Assembly: GCA_002269645.1 (NCBI GenBank)
Contig: NIVC01001588.1
Span: 62,001-126,000 of the forward strand
From: Macrostomum lignano
Taxonomy: Eukaryota
DNA: 64,000 nucleotides
Direction: 5' to 3'
The notes under the pieces were generated by a model that had not been told where the DNA came from, did not search any database, and saw only the letters and a list, made by a program, of their open reading frames with translations. The translations under genes were made by a program, and so were the position numbers. Positions 11,454 to 23,318 of the stretch are shown here, one piece after another; within the stretch, counting starts at the first letter, position 1; the number at the start of each line of letters is the position of its first letter.

Positions 11454-14237
11454 TCAATCGTAACCTTCGAAAGCTTCCAGAACGTAGGCATTGAAGCTGC
11501 GCCAGTCCTCCGCATAGATATGATGCCCGCACTGCGGCAGCTCGCGGACTCCGCCGACCTGCGTGCTGCCGGCTGGCCTCGCCGACCGGAGCTTCTCGCC
11601 GATGTTCGGCTCGCCGCGGGCTCGTTCCAGACGGTACAGCCGCGAGCGGCCGCCGTAGAGCACTGTGAGGGGCAGCTGGGCCGGCAGCTGGTCGATGCGG
11701 GACAAACAGGGTCGCCTGGCGAAGGCGATCAGGTGGCAGAGGCGGCGGAACCCCGTCTCACCGCTGGGAACCTGCGGTTGGTTCGAGATGGCGGTGTGGT
11801 AAATGGTATGCTGTGTGGTAAATGGGATGCTGTGTGGTAAATGGGATGCTGTGTGGCAAATAGAATGTGATAAACAGGGTGGGATAGAGTGTGGTAAACA
11901 GGGTGGGATAGAGTGTGGTAAACAGGGTGGGATAGAGTGTGGTAAACAGGGTGGGATAGAGTGTGGTAAACAGGGTGGGATAGAGTGTGGTAAACAGGGT
12001 GGGATAGAGTGTGGTAAACAGGGTGGGATAGAGTGTGGTAGACAGGGTGGGATAGAGTGTGGTAAACAGGGTGGGATAGAGTGTGGTAAACAGGGTGGGA
12101 TAGAGTGTGGTAAACAGGGTGGGATAGAGTGTGGTAAACAGGGTGGGATAGAGTGTGGTAAACAGGGTGGGATAGAGTGTGGTAAACAGGGTGGGATAGA
12201 GTGTGGTAAACAGGGTGGGATAGAGTGTGGTAAACAGGGTGGGATAGGGTGATAAACACAACCAAGCCTAATCTGCATCTCACACCTGGGCATTGCAGTG
12301 GTACACATAGTCGAGAACCTCGTCACCGCTGGACTTGCCGCCGACCCAGCCGCTGCTGCCGTCTCCGTCATCCTCGAAGAAGTTTCTCAGGTCGCCGCGC
12401 AGTCGGCGGACCAGGCCGGGACCGAACGGGCCGGCGGCGCGCAGGAGGTCGAGCGGGTCCAGCCGCCAGTAGTCCATGACCGACGCGATCCGGCGGAGCA
12501 GCGGCGGCGGCTCGTAGCCGGGAGGCGGCGGCAGCATGCCCCACGGATCGGCGAGCAGCAGGTGCGCCACCGAGGCCGGATACTTGGCTGAGTAGCAGAA
12601 CGCCAGGTAGCCGCCGAAGCTGTGCCCGACAACCAGCAGGCCTTCGGGCAGGCCGGCGGCCAGCCGCCACTGCTCGATGGAATCAACGAATCGGGCTTCG
12701 CAGGCGGCCGCGTCCAGGGGGAACGGCACGCGGCTGCTGCGGCCGAAGCCGAGAATGTCTATGGCATAAACTGGGCGCTGCCGGCTCAGCTGCCCGATGT
12801 TGCGGCACCAGATGCCCACCGCGGCGCCCATGCCGTGCAGCAGCAGCAGCGGGCGGCGCCGCGCGTATGCAACCGGATCGGCGCCAGGCGCCGTGGCGCG
12901 CAAAGTTCGAATTTCGGCGCCGCAGGGCAGCATGACGAAGCTGCAGTCCAGCTCGCAGTCTGAGATGCCTGCGGATGGGTGGCGGAGCGGATCTCCTGTC
13001 GCACCCTTCATTCTCAGCTCAAGCCGTAGCTAGTCACTCTATCCATCTCCCACTCTCTACCTGACCTGTCATTCCTTTGACTCCTGCTTCACTCCCTTCA
13101 CTCCTGTGTCACTCCCTTCACTCCTGTGTCACTCCCTTCACTCCTGTGTCACTCTCTTCACTCATGTGTCACTTACTTCACTCCTGTGTCACTCCCTTCA
13201 CTCCTGTGTCACTCCCTTCACTCCTGTGTCACTCCCTTCACTCCTGTGTCACTCCCTTCACTCCTGTGTCACTCCCTTCACTCCTGTGTCACTCCCTTCA
13301 CTCCTGTGTCACTCCCTTCACTCCTGTGTCACTCCCTTCACTCCTGTGTCACTCCCTTCACTCCTGTGTCACTCCCTTCACTCATGTGTCACTTACTTCA
13401 CCCCTGTGTCACTCCCTTCACTCGTGTCACTCCCTTCACTCCTGTGTCACTCCCTTCACTCATGTGTCACTCCCTTCACTCATGTGTCACTTACTTCACC
13501 TCTGTATCACTCCCTTCACTCTTGTGTCACTCCATTCACCCCTGTGTCACTCCCTTCACTCCTGTGTCACTCCCTTCACTCATGTGTCACTCCCTTTAGT
13601 ACTGTGTCACTCCATTCACTCCTGTGTCACTCCATTCACTCCTGTGTGACTCCCTTCACTCGTGCGTCACTCCATTCACTTTGTCTCACTCCCTTCTTTC
13701 CTGCCTCACCGGCTTCACTCTTGTATCACTCCATTCATTCCTGTGTCACTCCCTTCACTCCTGTGTCACTCACTTCACTCCTGTGTCACTCACTTCACTC
13801 CTGTGTCACTCACTTCACTCCTGTGTCACTCACTTCACTCCTGTGTCATTACTTCACTCCTGTGTCACTCCCTTCACTCCTGTATCACTAAATTCACTTC
13901 TGCCTCACTCGCTTCACTCTTGTGTCACTCGCTTCATTCCTGTGTCACTCCATTCTCTCATGTGTCACTAAATTCAGCACTTCGTCACTCCCTTCAGCAC
14001 CTTGTCACCCTCGCACTGGCAAAGCGGTCACTCACGGTTCAGCACCAAAGCCTCAGCGTAAGCCAACGAAAATGAGGAAGTTGGCCGCCAATAGTGCGGC
14101 AGCCAAGAGTGGCTGCTGGCCACCGAGCTGGCGCTCTCGTGAATCAGCAGCGCTCCTTCGTGCGCGTCTCCGTCTCGATTTACGGCGCTGCCTGATGCAG
14201 ACTCAGCCGAGACTTTGGTTGAATTCGGCGTCGCCAT
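11454..14237 (-). CDS. ABHD4: ABHD4-like alpha/beta hydrolase, paralogue 1, 3 coding exons
   Basis: Exons 14237-14036, 12968-12286 and 11771-11454 join in frame (phases 1,0). Motifs: SWLPHYWRPTS..LAYAEALVL, LLLLHGMGAAVGIW, IDILGFGRSSR, nucleophile elbow GHSFGGY (Ser, so ABHD4-type; vertebrate ABHD5 has Asn), LADPWG, YHCNAQ.PSGETGF, HHIYAED (HX4D). Orthology within the ABHD4/5 group is not resolved. Confidence 0.88.
11800..12250. repeat. Intronic minisatellite, 24-nt unit GGGATAGAGTGTGGTAAACAGGGT
   Basis: Fills intron 2 of ABHD paralogue 1. Confidence 0.95.
13075..13990. repeat. Intronic minisatellite, 20-nt unit CTCCTGTGTCACTCCCTTCA
   Basis: Fills intron 1 of ABHD paralogue 1 and degenerates to the right. 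Confidence 0.95.
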
Positions 14238-14264
14238 CTTTCGAATGATTGATGATCAAAGCTG

Positions 14265-14660
14265 GATTGTTGGGTAGATTGGCTAGCGGGTTGGGTAGAT
14301 TGGATAGCGGGTTGGGTAGATTGGCTAGCGGGTTGGATAGATTGGATAGCGGGTTGGGTAGATTGGCTAGTGGGTTGGGTAGATTGGCTAGCGGGTTGGG
14401 TAGATTGGCTAGCGGGTTGGGTAGATTGGCTAGCGGGTTGGGTAGATTGGATAGCGGGTTGGGTAGATTGGCTAGTGGGTTGGGTAGATTGGCTAGCGGG
14501 TTGGGTAGATTGGCTAGCGGGTTGGGTAGATTGGCTAGTGGGTTGGGTAGATTGGCTAGTGGGTTGGGTAGATTGGCTAGCGGGTTGGGTAGATTGGCTA
14601 GCGGGTTAGGTAGATTGGCTAGCGGGTTGGGTAGATTGGCTAGCGGGTTGGGTAGATTGG
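14265..14660. repeat. Minisatellite, 21-nt unit GGGTTGGGTAGATTGGCTAGC
   Basis: Tandem array just upstream of the ABHD paralogue 1 start codon, probably in a 5'UTR intron. Confidence 0.95.
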
Positions 14661-15214
14661 AGTAGCAGTCTTTGTAGCCCAAGTTACTTCTCCGTCTTTG
14701 TTTCAAATGAATGCTGCAATTAGGATTGAAAAAGACATTAATAGCTTACACGGCTAACTTTCCAAACACTAGATGCTGATAAAACATTTAGTGTCTATAG
14801 CCATTGTTTTCAAAATAATAAAACAGTTTGAAAACTTTCACATGCGGAGAACAATGCAGTTATCCTGTTTTGTGCAGCCTCATGGCTGACTATAATGGAT
14901 CAATACATTGCAATTAAATACTTTGCACGATAATCCTAAAGAAAATCTATTGAGGATACATGCGCAGTCAAATAAAGCATTTCAAGTAATATTTTATTCG
15001 TGTTGCTATCTGTAAAGAAAAACACACTCGATTTTGGTCGCGAGGTCAAAGGAACCAGAGACAAAAATACGATCTGTCGAAACGCACAGGACAAAAAATA
15101 GCGTCTTCACGAAAACAGCATCAGCGAAAAAAAACAAAGAAAAACTGACACTAAAAATATTGAACATATTTTCTATAGCAGTTTTCAGTGCCGTGTAACG
15201 GCAGACTCAGATCG

Positions 15215-15675
15215 CTTCGAACCCTCTGACCCCAATGTACACTCGCTCCGGACCAAACCCTCTAACCCCAATGTACACTCGCTCCGGACCAAACCCTCTG
15301 ACCCCAATGTACACTCGCTCCGGACCAAACCCTCTAACCCCAATGTACACTCGCTCCGGACCAAACCCTCTAACCCCAATGTACACTCGCTCCGGACCAA
15401 ACCCTCTGACCCCAATGTACACTCGCTCCGGACCAAACCCTCTAACCCCAATGTACACTCGCTCCGGACCAAACCCTCTAACCCCAATGTACACTCGCTC
15501 CAGACCGAACCCTCTAACCCCAATGTACACTCGCTCCAGACCGAACCCTCTAACCCCAATGTACACTCGCTCCAGACTGAACCCTCTGACCCCAATGTAC
15601 ACCAGCTCCAGACCGAACCCTCTGACCCCAATGTACACCAGCTCCAGATCGAACCCTCTAACCCCAATGTACACT
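15215..15675. repeat. Minisatellite, 36-nt unit ACTCGCTCCGGACCAAACCCTCTAACCCCAATGTAC
   Basis: Tandem array between the two ABHD genes. The period was checked at 15241 and 15277. Confidence 0.95.
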
Positions 15676-15766
15676 CTATGCCACCAACCCCGCAAAAATT
15701 GCAAACCCGCAATGCAACGCAGCAATGCACACTTGGCTCAACAGTGCAAAGTCAGTCAAACAAAGG

Positions 15767-18200
15767 TCAAACTCCCTGGCTCTCGTCTTGCACCAGCTTA
15801 TTGAACTGATTGAAGTCCTCGGCGTACAGATGGTGATTGCAATTGCGCATGCAGCGAACAGTCACCGGCCCGCGACGCGGCCCGAGTCGTTCCCGAAATT
15901 CCTCCGCCAGATCCGGCGCGTCGGCCGGCCGTCCGTAGCGGAACAGCCAGCTCCGGCCGCCGTAGATTAGCGACACGGGCAGGCGGGGCTCCAGCTGCGG
16001 CAGGCGGGGATAGAGAGGGCGCTTGGCGAATCCCAGCGGAGCGGCCAGGTAGCGGAAGCCGGTCTCTCCGCTGGCCGGCTGGGCATTGCAGTGGTAAATG
16101 TAATCCAGAATGTCGTGGGCGCGCTCCACCGACTCCGGATTTGTGGCCGCCTCCGCCGTCGCGGCCACGTCGTCCTTATCGTCGTCAAAGTACGCCTGTG
16201 AGAGCGGCGGCGATGGAGAAATGAGAACGATATCGAGGTTTCGGACGCGGGAAGATTATTGGAAAGGGCGAGATTTTTGGACGGGGTGAGTCTCGGACAG
16301 AAAATTTTGTAGAGATAGTTTTCGGACAGTTGAATTACGGACAGGTAGGTTTCGGACAGGTAGGTTTCGGACATGTAAATTTCGAATACGAGGGTAGACT
16401 TCGGACAGGTAAGTAAATTTCGGACATGTAGATTTTCGACAGGTAGATTTCGGATAGGTAGATTTCGGACACGTAGACTTCGGACGGGTAAATTTCGAAC
16501 AGGTAAATTTCGGACAGGTAGGTAGATTTTGGACACGTCAATTTTAGACAGGGTAGATTTTGGACAGGTAGATTTCGGACAGGTATATTTCGGACAGGTA
16601 GATTTTGGAGAGGTAGATTTCGGACAGGTAGATGTCGGACAGGTAAATTTCGAACAGGTAAATTTCGGACAGGTAGGTAGATTTTGGACACGTCGATTTT
16701 AGACAGGGTAGATATTGGACAGGTAGATTTCGGACAGGTAGATTTCGGACAGGTAGATTTCGGACAGGTAGATTTCAGACAGCGGTAGATTTGACGCACC
16801 TGAATGTCGCCCCGGAATCGGCGAATCAGCGATGGTCCAAACGGGCCAGCCGCGCGCACCACGGCGAGCGGGTCAAACCGGTGCAGCAGGTTGCCAACGA
16901 CGCTGATCCAGCGACGCGACGGCTGATGATTGTCCGGCCGCTCCAGCAGGCCCCACGGGTCGGCCAAAATCAGCTTTCGAACCGAATTCGGATGTCGAAG
17001 CGCGTAATTAAAAGCCAAATAGCCGCCGAAGCTGTGCCCGAGCAGGATGACTTCGTTGAGTCCTTCGGCTTTGCGCCATTCTTCTATTGAACGAACGAAG
17101 GCGGATTCGCACAGCTCCGGGTTGGCCGGAAATGCCACCCGACTGCTGCGGCCGAAGCCCAGCAAATCCACAGCGTAGACTGGGCGCTGCCTGGCCAGCG
17201 GGCCGAAGTTTTTGCACCACATGCCGACACCAGCGCCCATGCCATGCAGCAGCACAATGGGCGTCCGGGACAGGTAGCCGGCGTCCTGGCCGACTGTGGC
17301 TCGGACTGTCCGAATCTCTTCGCCACCGGGTAAGCGGACAAATTTTGCTTCTAAATCGCAGTCTTGAACGCCTGTAGGGAGAATTTGAAAACCGGATGTC
17401 TACCAACTCTGGCAGCGATATCTTAATTCCAGGTCCCAATCTGCAATCCCAGGACCCAATCTGCAATCCTAGGTCCCAATCTGCAATCCCAGGTCCCAAT
17501 CTGCAATCTCAGGACCCAATCTGCAATCTCAGGACCCAATCTGCAATCCCAGGACCCAATCTGCAATCCCAGGTCCCAATCTGCAATCCCAGGTCCCAAT
17601 CTGCAATCCCAAGTCCCAATCTGCAATCCCAGGTCCCAATCTGCAATCCCAGGCCCCAATCTGCAATTCCAGGCCCCAATCTGCAATCCCAGGCCCCAAT
17701 CTGCAATCCCAGGCCCCAATCTGCAATCCCAGGCCCCAATCTGCAATCCCAGGACCCAATCTACAATCCCAGGTCCCAATCTGCAATCCCAGGTTACAAT
17801 CTACAATCCAAGGTCCCAATCTACAATTCCAGGTCCCAGTTTGCAATCTCAGGTCCCAATTTATAATCCTAGGTCACAATCTGCAAATTCCAAGTCAAGT
17901 CTTAAATCCCTAAACCCCAAAAAATCCTATCTGTAGACCCCAAAAAACTAACCTATAAATCCCAAGTCAAGTTCCAATCTACAAATCCTAGACTATGATC
18001 AATGAAATCCCACATTTACCTAACTGAAAATACTTGTACTTGTAAACAAAATTGTGCTTTCTTTTTCAATAACAGTTGCAACACTTACGCTGCAAGACAA
18101 TTTCTTCTGCATAAGCCAGAGCAAAGCTATTTGTAGGCCGCCAATGCCATGGTAGTAGGTGGCGATAAGTGCAAGCTTTGGATGACAATGAAGGCAGCAT
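15767..18200 (-). CDS. ABHD4: ABHD4-like alpha/beta hydrolase, paralogue 2, 3 coding exons
   Basis: Exons 18200-18089 (MLPSL...PWHWRPTNSFALAYAEEIVLQ, not in the ORF track), 17370-16800 and 16195-15767 join in frame (phases 1,0). Motifs: IVLLHGMGAGVGMW, VDLLGFGRSSR, GHSFGGY, LADPWG, YHCNAQPASGETGF, HHLYAED. Confidence 0.88.
16335..16785. repeat. Intronic minisatellite, about 15-nt unit GGACAGGTAGATTTC
   Basis: Fills intron 2 of ABHD paralogue 2. Confidence 0.9.
17428..17885. repeat. Intronic minisatellite, 20-nt unit CTGCAATCCCAGGTCCCAAT
   Basis: In intron 1 of ABHD paralogue 2. Confidence 0.95.
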
Positions 18201-20875
18201 CTGAGAGTCCTGTGGTTCTGAAGTTCTGAATATTAGATGAGAATAAAGAGATTTATTATAAAATCAATTTATTGCTAAATTGGAAATAAATTATTACTAT
18301 ACAGTAAAGATCAGGTGTACTTCTTAAAAAGTAATCACAAAAAATAGACAAAAGCCAGTTAGAATGCTTACATATTTTTAATATAAAAGCAATTGATAAG
18401 CAACCACTTGGAAAATTGGTCACATTTATTAATTTTATAATAAAGAATCCTTATGTTATTTAAAGCTTCATTGAATTTTTAAATAAGGAAATCAATTCCC
18501 TTTTTCTATCAAGCTTATAGGATTACACATTCAGTAGTAAATATCTTGACTTTGTGTCAATACATGTATTCAGTCTATAGTAGTTATAATATAGAATAAC
18601 AACTTATCAATAGACCTATCAATATTGATATGTTAATGTACAGTAAAAGTCTTAGCTTAACAACTTCATATTAAAAACCCTATATAAACCATGCACAATT
18701 AAAAACAATGGAACCATTCCCAGTTTACCTTTTAAATACTTGTAAATACTTTTACAAGAATTTAGTTGAGATCACAGATCAACAATACTTACATTTCTGT
18801 CTCGGTACTCATTTGGAGCTCTAAGATGGTACAACGAAAATTTTGTTGAGACACGGGCTTGTGTTAAAGCTTATTCAAGACTTTTTGAGGTCTTCAAAAG
18901 CAATAAGCTAAGAACAATACTGTTTTAACTATTACTAGTGTATACACAATACACTGGGAAATATGCTTGTTTGATTTACGCTACGACAGTATTCAATAAT
19001 GATCGAGAGCGCAAATCAAGACAACAAAGCGCACGGAGCTTAGATTACAACGTACTTAAATAGTTTAAAAGGTCGAAAGATCAACTTATTTATGCAACTA
19101 TGCCTACGTATGTTGTGCGTACAGGGGACGGTTCAGTTCAGTTTACCACGGCAGGCGCGCTAAAAATAGAAAACAGTGTACAAGTTAAATCGAGTGGCTG
19201 GTTCAATTGACATCAGCAACTTGTTTAAAACAATTTTCTACTAAAAGACATACTTTTAAGATCATTTTATGAAGAAAACGGTCTCAAATTTAAATGCATC
19301 TATGTTTTAAAAGTGGGCTTAAAACAAAAACACTTGTAGTTAACTTTGCGAAATTAATGAGTTTTCAATTAACCACTTACAGAGATTTCCGGAACATGTC
19401 TATTTTAAACTCAGCAGTTGCATGCAAAAGCACAAGCGATAGATTTGTAAAAACATCTGAGCGACTTGCAAAACGATCAAAACAAAAAAATTTGGGATTT
19501 AGGTTTTGTTCCACAAAAAAACTACACGCATAAACACTACTGACACAAAAATGGGACCCGTACAGCGAATTGTCTTTTTGTCTTCAGGCCAGCGCGTAAG
19601 ATGTTTTACAAGTTCTTATATGTACATGTAGTTGTTGGCATCCTGCTTCGGCCGTGACCGTGACGCAGAGAGCAAAGTTTGTGCTGGTTGATTTTTAGAC
19701 AACACGATTTTTTGCCACAAAAGTTTAGCCATGAAAAGGTTTTTAATTAAGCACTCACACACAGCGAATTGAAAATGTACTTTAAAGGATTTTTGCATCA
19801 ATTATTATTGCTAAAACTGTCGTGTTTTTAAATGTAAGGAACTGGCAAATAAATCACCTGTACCAATTGACAAAACAAATTATAATTAATATGAACATTA
19901 AAATAAAGTTCCAATTCAAAAGCTTTGTTCCGGCAGTGTTAGGCGGGGGTTACAAATCGCAATCTTTTCATGCTTATTGCACCCACGTGTACAAAGGCAG
20001 CAGGACCTCCACTTTAAAGTCACCTAAACTACGATGTCCTTGATGTATGGCCATAATAGCAATCACCTCGACAAAGATCGCCGCGGGACAGCAGGCGACG
20101 AATTAAATAAAGCGATCCAAGTTTGTCATATCCAAGCTCTCCAATCAGTTGAAACTCAACACCATGCAGGCCCCATCCTGTTCGCCAACAATTCAGCCGC
20201 ACCTCCGAAAGGCCTTAAGCAGACTCAGAAACGCTACAAAGAGGGCGACTGGCGATCGAAAGGCTCTACATGGGCCCCAGGGTCCGCAACGAAGGGGGAG
20301 CTGGGAGGCGGCCGCACCCCTGCTGGTTGAGCCATACTACTCATGGGCACCTACAAGTAGCTGATCGCTGAAGAGCAGCTAGAGATACAGTAACGTACAA
20401 GTACTATTGTCTCACTGACCGCCACTTTGCTTCCTTGACCACGTGTAACATGCCAACCGGCCCATTCCGGGTTTCAATCCACCAGACAATCGATCGCGGG
20501 ATGTAAATGTAACATTATATACATACAGGGGCAGTTCGGTGAAACACAGTTACAGGGATTTCCCACTCCAGTCCGTGATCCCTAGCCTCCCTCAGCCTTA
20601 CTTGAACATTATTCAACTCCCGTTTCTCAAGCACATCCTCACGGGCACTCAATGAACCGGAAATCTATTCTGTCAAATAGCTAATACTTGTATAATGTTA
20701 CATCGTACACATGCACTTTCTACACTTTCTACACGCCACTTTCTACGAGTACATGTACATGTAGCTAGCTCGTTCTTATCCACCTAGCTTTTTCATGGCT
20801 ACACGCAAATGTATACAGAGACTCATGATCCAGGCGCGGCGGAAGAAGAAAATATTGAGGGAGTGGCAACACAAG

Positions 20876-20917
20876 GCCGTAAGACGGTCTCTTACTGCGA
20901 ACTTAATTTATTGCATG
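20876..20917 (+). other. Flatworm-type spliced-leader (SL) exon sequence with no downstream splice donor
   Basis: GCCGTAAGACGGTCTCTTACTGCGAACTTAATTTATTGCATG shows the flatworm SL hallmarks: a 5' CCGT-loop-ACGG hairpin and a 3' TTGCATG. It is close to the Macrostomum lignano SL as I recall it (GCCGTAAAGACGGTCTCTTACTGCGAAGACTCAATTTATTGCATG; from memory, needs checking). It is followed by TTGCAG, not GT, and I see no Sm site after it. Confidence 0.8.
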
Positions 20918-23318
20918 TTGCAGTCTATTTGAACTCTCGTTGAGCGTTTAAATAGCTCCATCGCCTGCTAGCATGCTAGCGGTGCGTTGCAAGGCCTCAA
21001 CGGAGAGCTGCGCTTCTGTTACGGCTGCCAAGAGCGGTACAACCATCCACTCGGCAAGTTAGCGCCGACGCATAGAGCGGCACCGTGAGCGAAATCGCCG
21101 TGGTGCGACCCCTCCTAACTGGCTGTGCGGATCCGCTGGGTGGCGCCGGGACCATGAGGTTCAAAATCACCGGACCCCAGCCGAACCAAAATGCGCACAG
21201 CAACAGCTCAGAATTGCTATCTGGAACTTCCGAACTCTGAGAGCAAAGTGGAGAAAACATCTTTTGGCCCAGCTCGCAGGTGACCTACAACTTGGCATAT
21301 TTATGCTGCAAGAGCTATCCATCACGGCCGAGCCTGGGCTCCACCAGGAGCACTTAAGGAGCGGCTGGCTCCTGCAGTACACATCAGCAGACTCGAAAAG
21401 ACAGGAAGAAATCGGCGTTCTAACCGGGGCCAAAGCTTCAGCAAAGTACACGTTGTGAGAGCCTGCCACCGCGGTTATTGCGCCTCGACATTCGACTCCG
21501 CGTAACATGCGGCTCTTCTGTGCCTATGCGCCCCAAGCTGCGCACCCAGTAGAGCACCGGCAGTTCCTGGAGTTCCTGTCAGCGCAGCTAGATAAGACCG
21601 CTCAACGTGACACTGTACTGGTACTCGGAGACCTCAACGTCGTCATGCGAAGGTCCGAGCGCTCCCACTTCGTAACGCCACGCGAAAATAACAATACTAA
21701 TGCCCTACTGGATTTCATAGACCGCCACGACATTGTCTCAGCAAACACGCTGTTCAGGAAGCCGCTTCAAAGATTGGCAACGTTTGCTGACAGTAAACGG
21801 GCACGTCGAAAAGCGTGTGGAAAATTCGCTAGGAAGAGACCGCACAGCTCGATCACGTGCTGTTTCGCCAGCGAGAACGACGACGAGTGACCAACTGCGA
21901 CCAACTGCTCCGCTGGCAGTGCGGTCAGACCACTGGCTGCTCTATTGTGACCTGCGCCTGAGGGACCCGTATTCTACCAGCGAAAACAGCCAAAGCGCTA
22001 CTTCCGCGCCGTACGCGACCCGGTTACAAGTGGCCGCTTCTGCCTGGCATTTGCCGAGGCGCTGGAAGGACGATCAGACACAACAACCCCAGCCCGGACA
22101 TCAGTGCCGCCATCCAAGCCGCCGCTAACAAAACTCTGCCGCTGGTGAAGCCAGTAGAAAAGAGTCCGCCAGTGTGGCTGCGGCAGGCCCGACTGACAGT
22201 GGAGAGACTGTGGAGGAGCGGTCAGCTTTAGGAGAAGGAAGAGGAGACTCTAGCGGAGAAATTTAAAGCCCGGCAACGCGCCGCGGTAGAGACCGCTATT
22301 CAGGAGATCACAGACGCCGGTCCCCACAAGAAACCGTGTGCCTTCTGGTCGGTCGTCAATCAACTGACAGGCCGCAAGAGACGCAACGCTCTGAACCTGG
22401 CGGGTGACACGTCCGAAGAGAGGCGAAACGAGCTGCGGACCTTCTTCTCCGCAGCCGTAAAGGGACATGTCATTGCCCACGGAAGCTGCGCTGCCAGAGG
22501 AGAGCTACTTTAACACCAGCCCCATCACCATCGATGAGGTGCTTCAACTTGCAAAGAAGACGCTGGGCAACAAAGCCACTGGACACGACAATGTCCACAA
22601 TGTGCTGCGCCTCTCGCAGGTCGCGTTGGAATTCATGCCAGTGATGAAGCTGGTGCCACGCACCTACTGAGTGACGGACTGCGCATATCGTCGGGATCCC
22701 AAAGAAACCAGGCTCCGTCAAGATCGAAGAGCATCGCGGGATTTCACTAAATCCTGCATGGCTAAAGCTGTTTAACAGGGTTCTGCTGTCGCGGCTTTAA
22801 ACACCAAAAAGACAATGGTGCTGACCGTGCCGACAGACCTCCCAGCTAGCTGAAATCTACTGCCGCTGCACGAACGGGCAGGTGGCGTTGCTGCCCCGCT
22901 GCAAAGAGTTCGTCTACCTCGGCGGTCTTGTACCTTTAAGGTAAGGTAAGGACGACATGACACGGCGCAGGGTGCATGCCTGGGGCGCATTCTGCACCGT
23001 GCAGACTGTCCTGCAGTGCCCCATGCTGTCGGATCGGCTACGAAGATGGCTCTTCCAGGCAGTCATAGAAACCTCTACAATGCTGAAACGAGGACACTGA
23101 CCGGCCCGCAGAAGCGGCAACTGGACTTCTGCGAGCCGCCTTCGGTGTCCACTCAAGGACCACTAGAAGTTACTTGTGTCCACTATTCGCCGACCGCCAC
23201 CTGCACCACTGCATGCACCAGGAATGACGGCCCAGCAGCTCTCCCGATCCAGCCAGCTCCTGCGCTTCCGGCGCCTACAGCTGGCCGGCCACGTCATCCG
23301 CAAGGACAACTGAAGTAG
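20918..23318 (+). mobile_element. Decayed non-LTR retrotransposon (APE endonuclease plus reverse transcriptase, RTE-like)
   Basis: APE motifs spread over frameshifts: LRIAIWNFRTL (about 21207), MLQE, AYAP, VLVLGDLN, QLDHVL, VRSDHWLL. RT motifs: NKATGHD, IPKK, HRGISL..KLFNRVLLSRL, NTKKTMV, FVYLGG, LYNAET, RLQLAGHVIR (about 23300). The RT core with YADD appears deleted between RVLLSRL and NTKKT. No 3' tail was found. Confidence 0.85.

Noticed and set aside
20030-20680. GC-balanced segment with short ORFs upstream of the SL-LINE
   Set aside because: It may be TE debris, but I could not recognise any domain, so it is left unassigned.
20876-20990. Functional SL RNA gene
   Set aside because: There is no GT donor after the leader's ATG, no Sm site is seen, and the sequence runs into a LINE.
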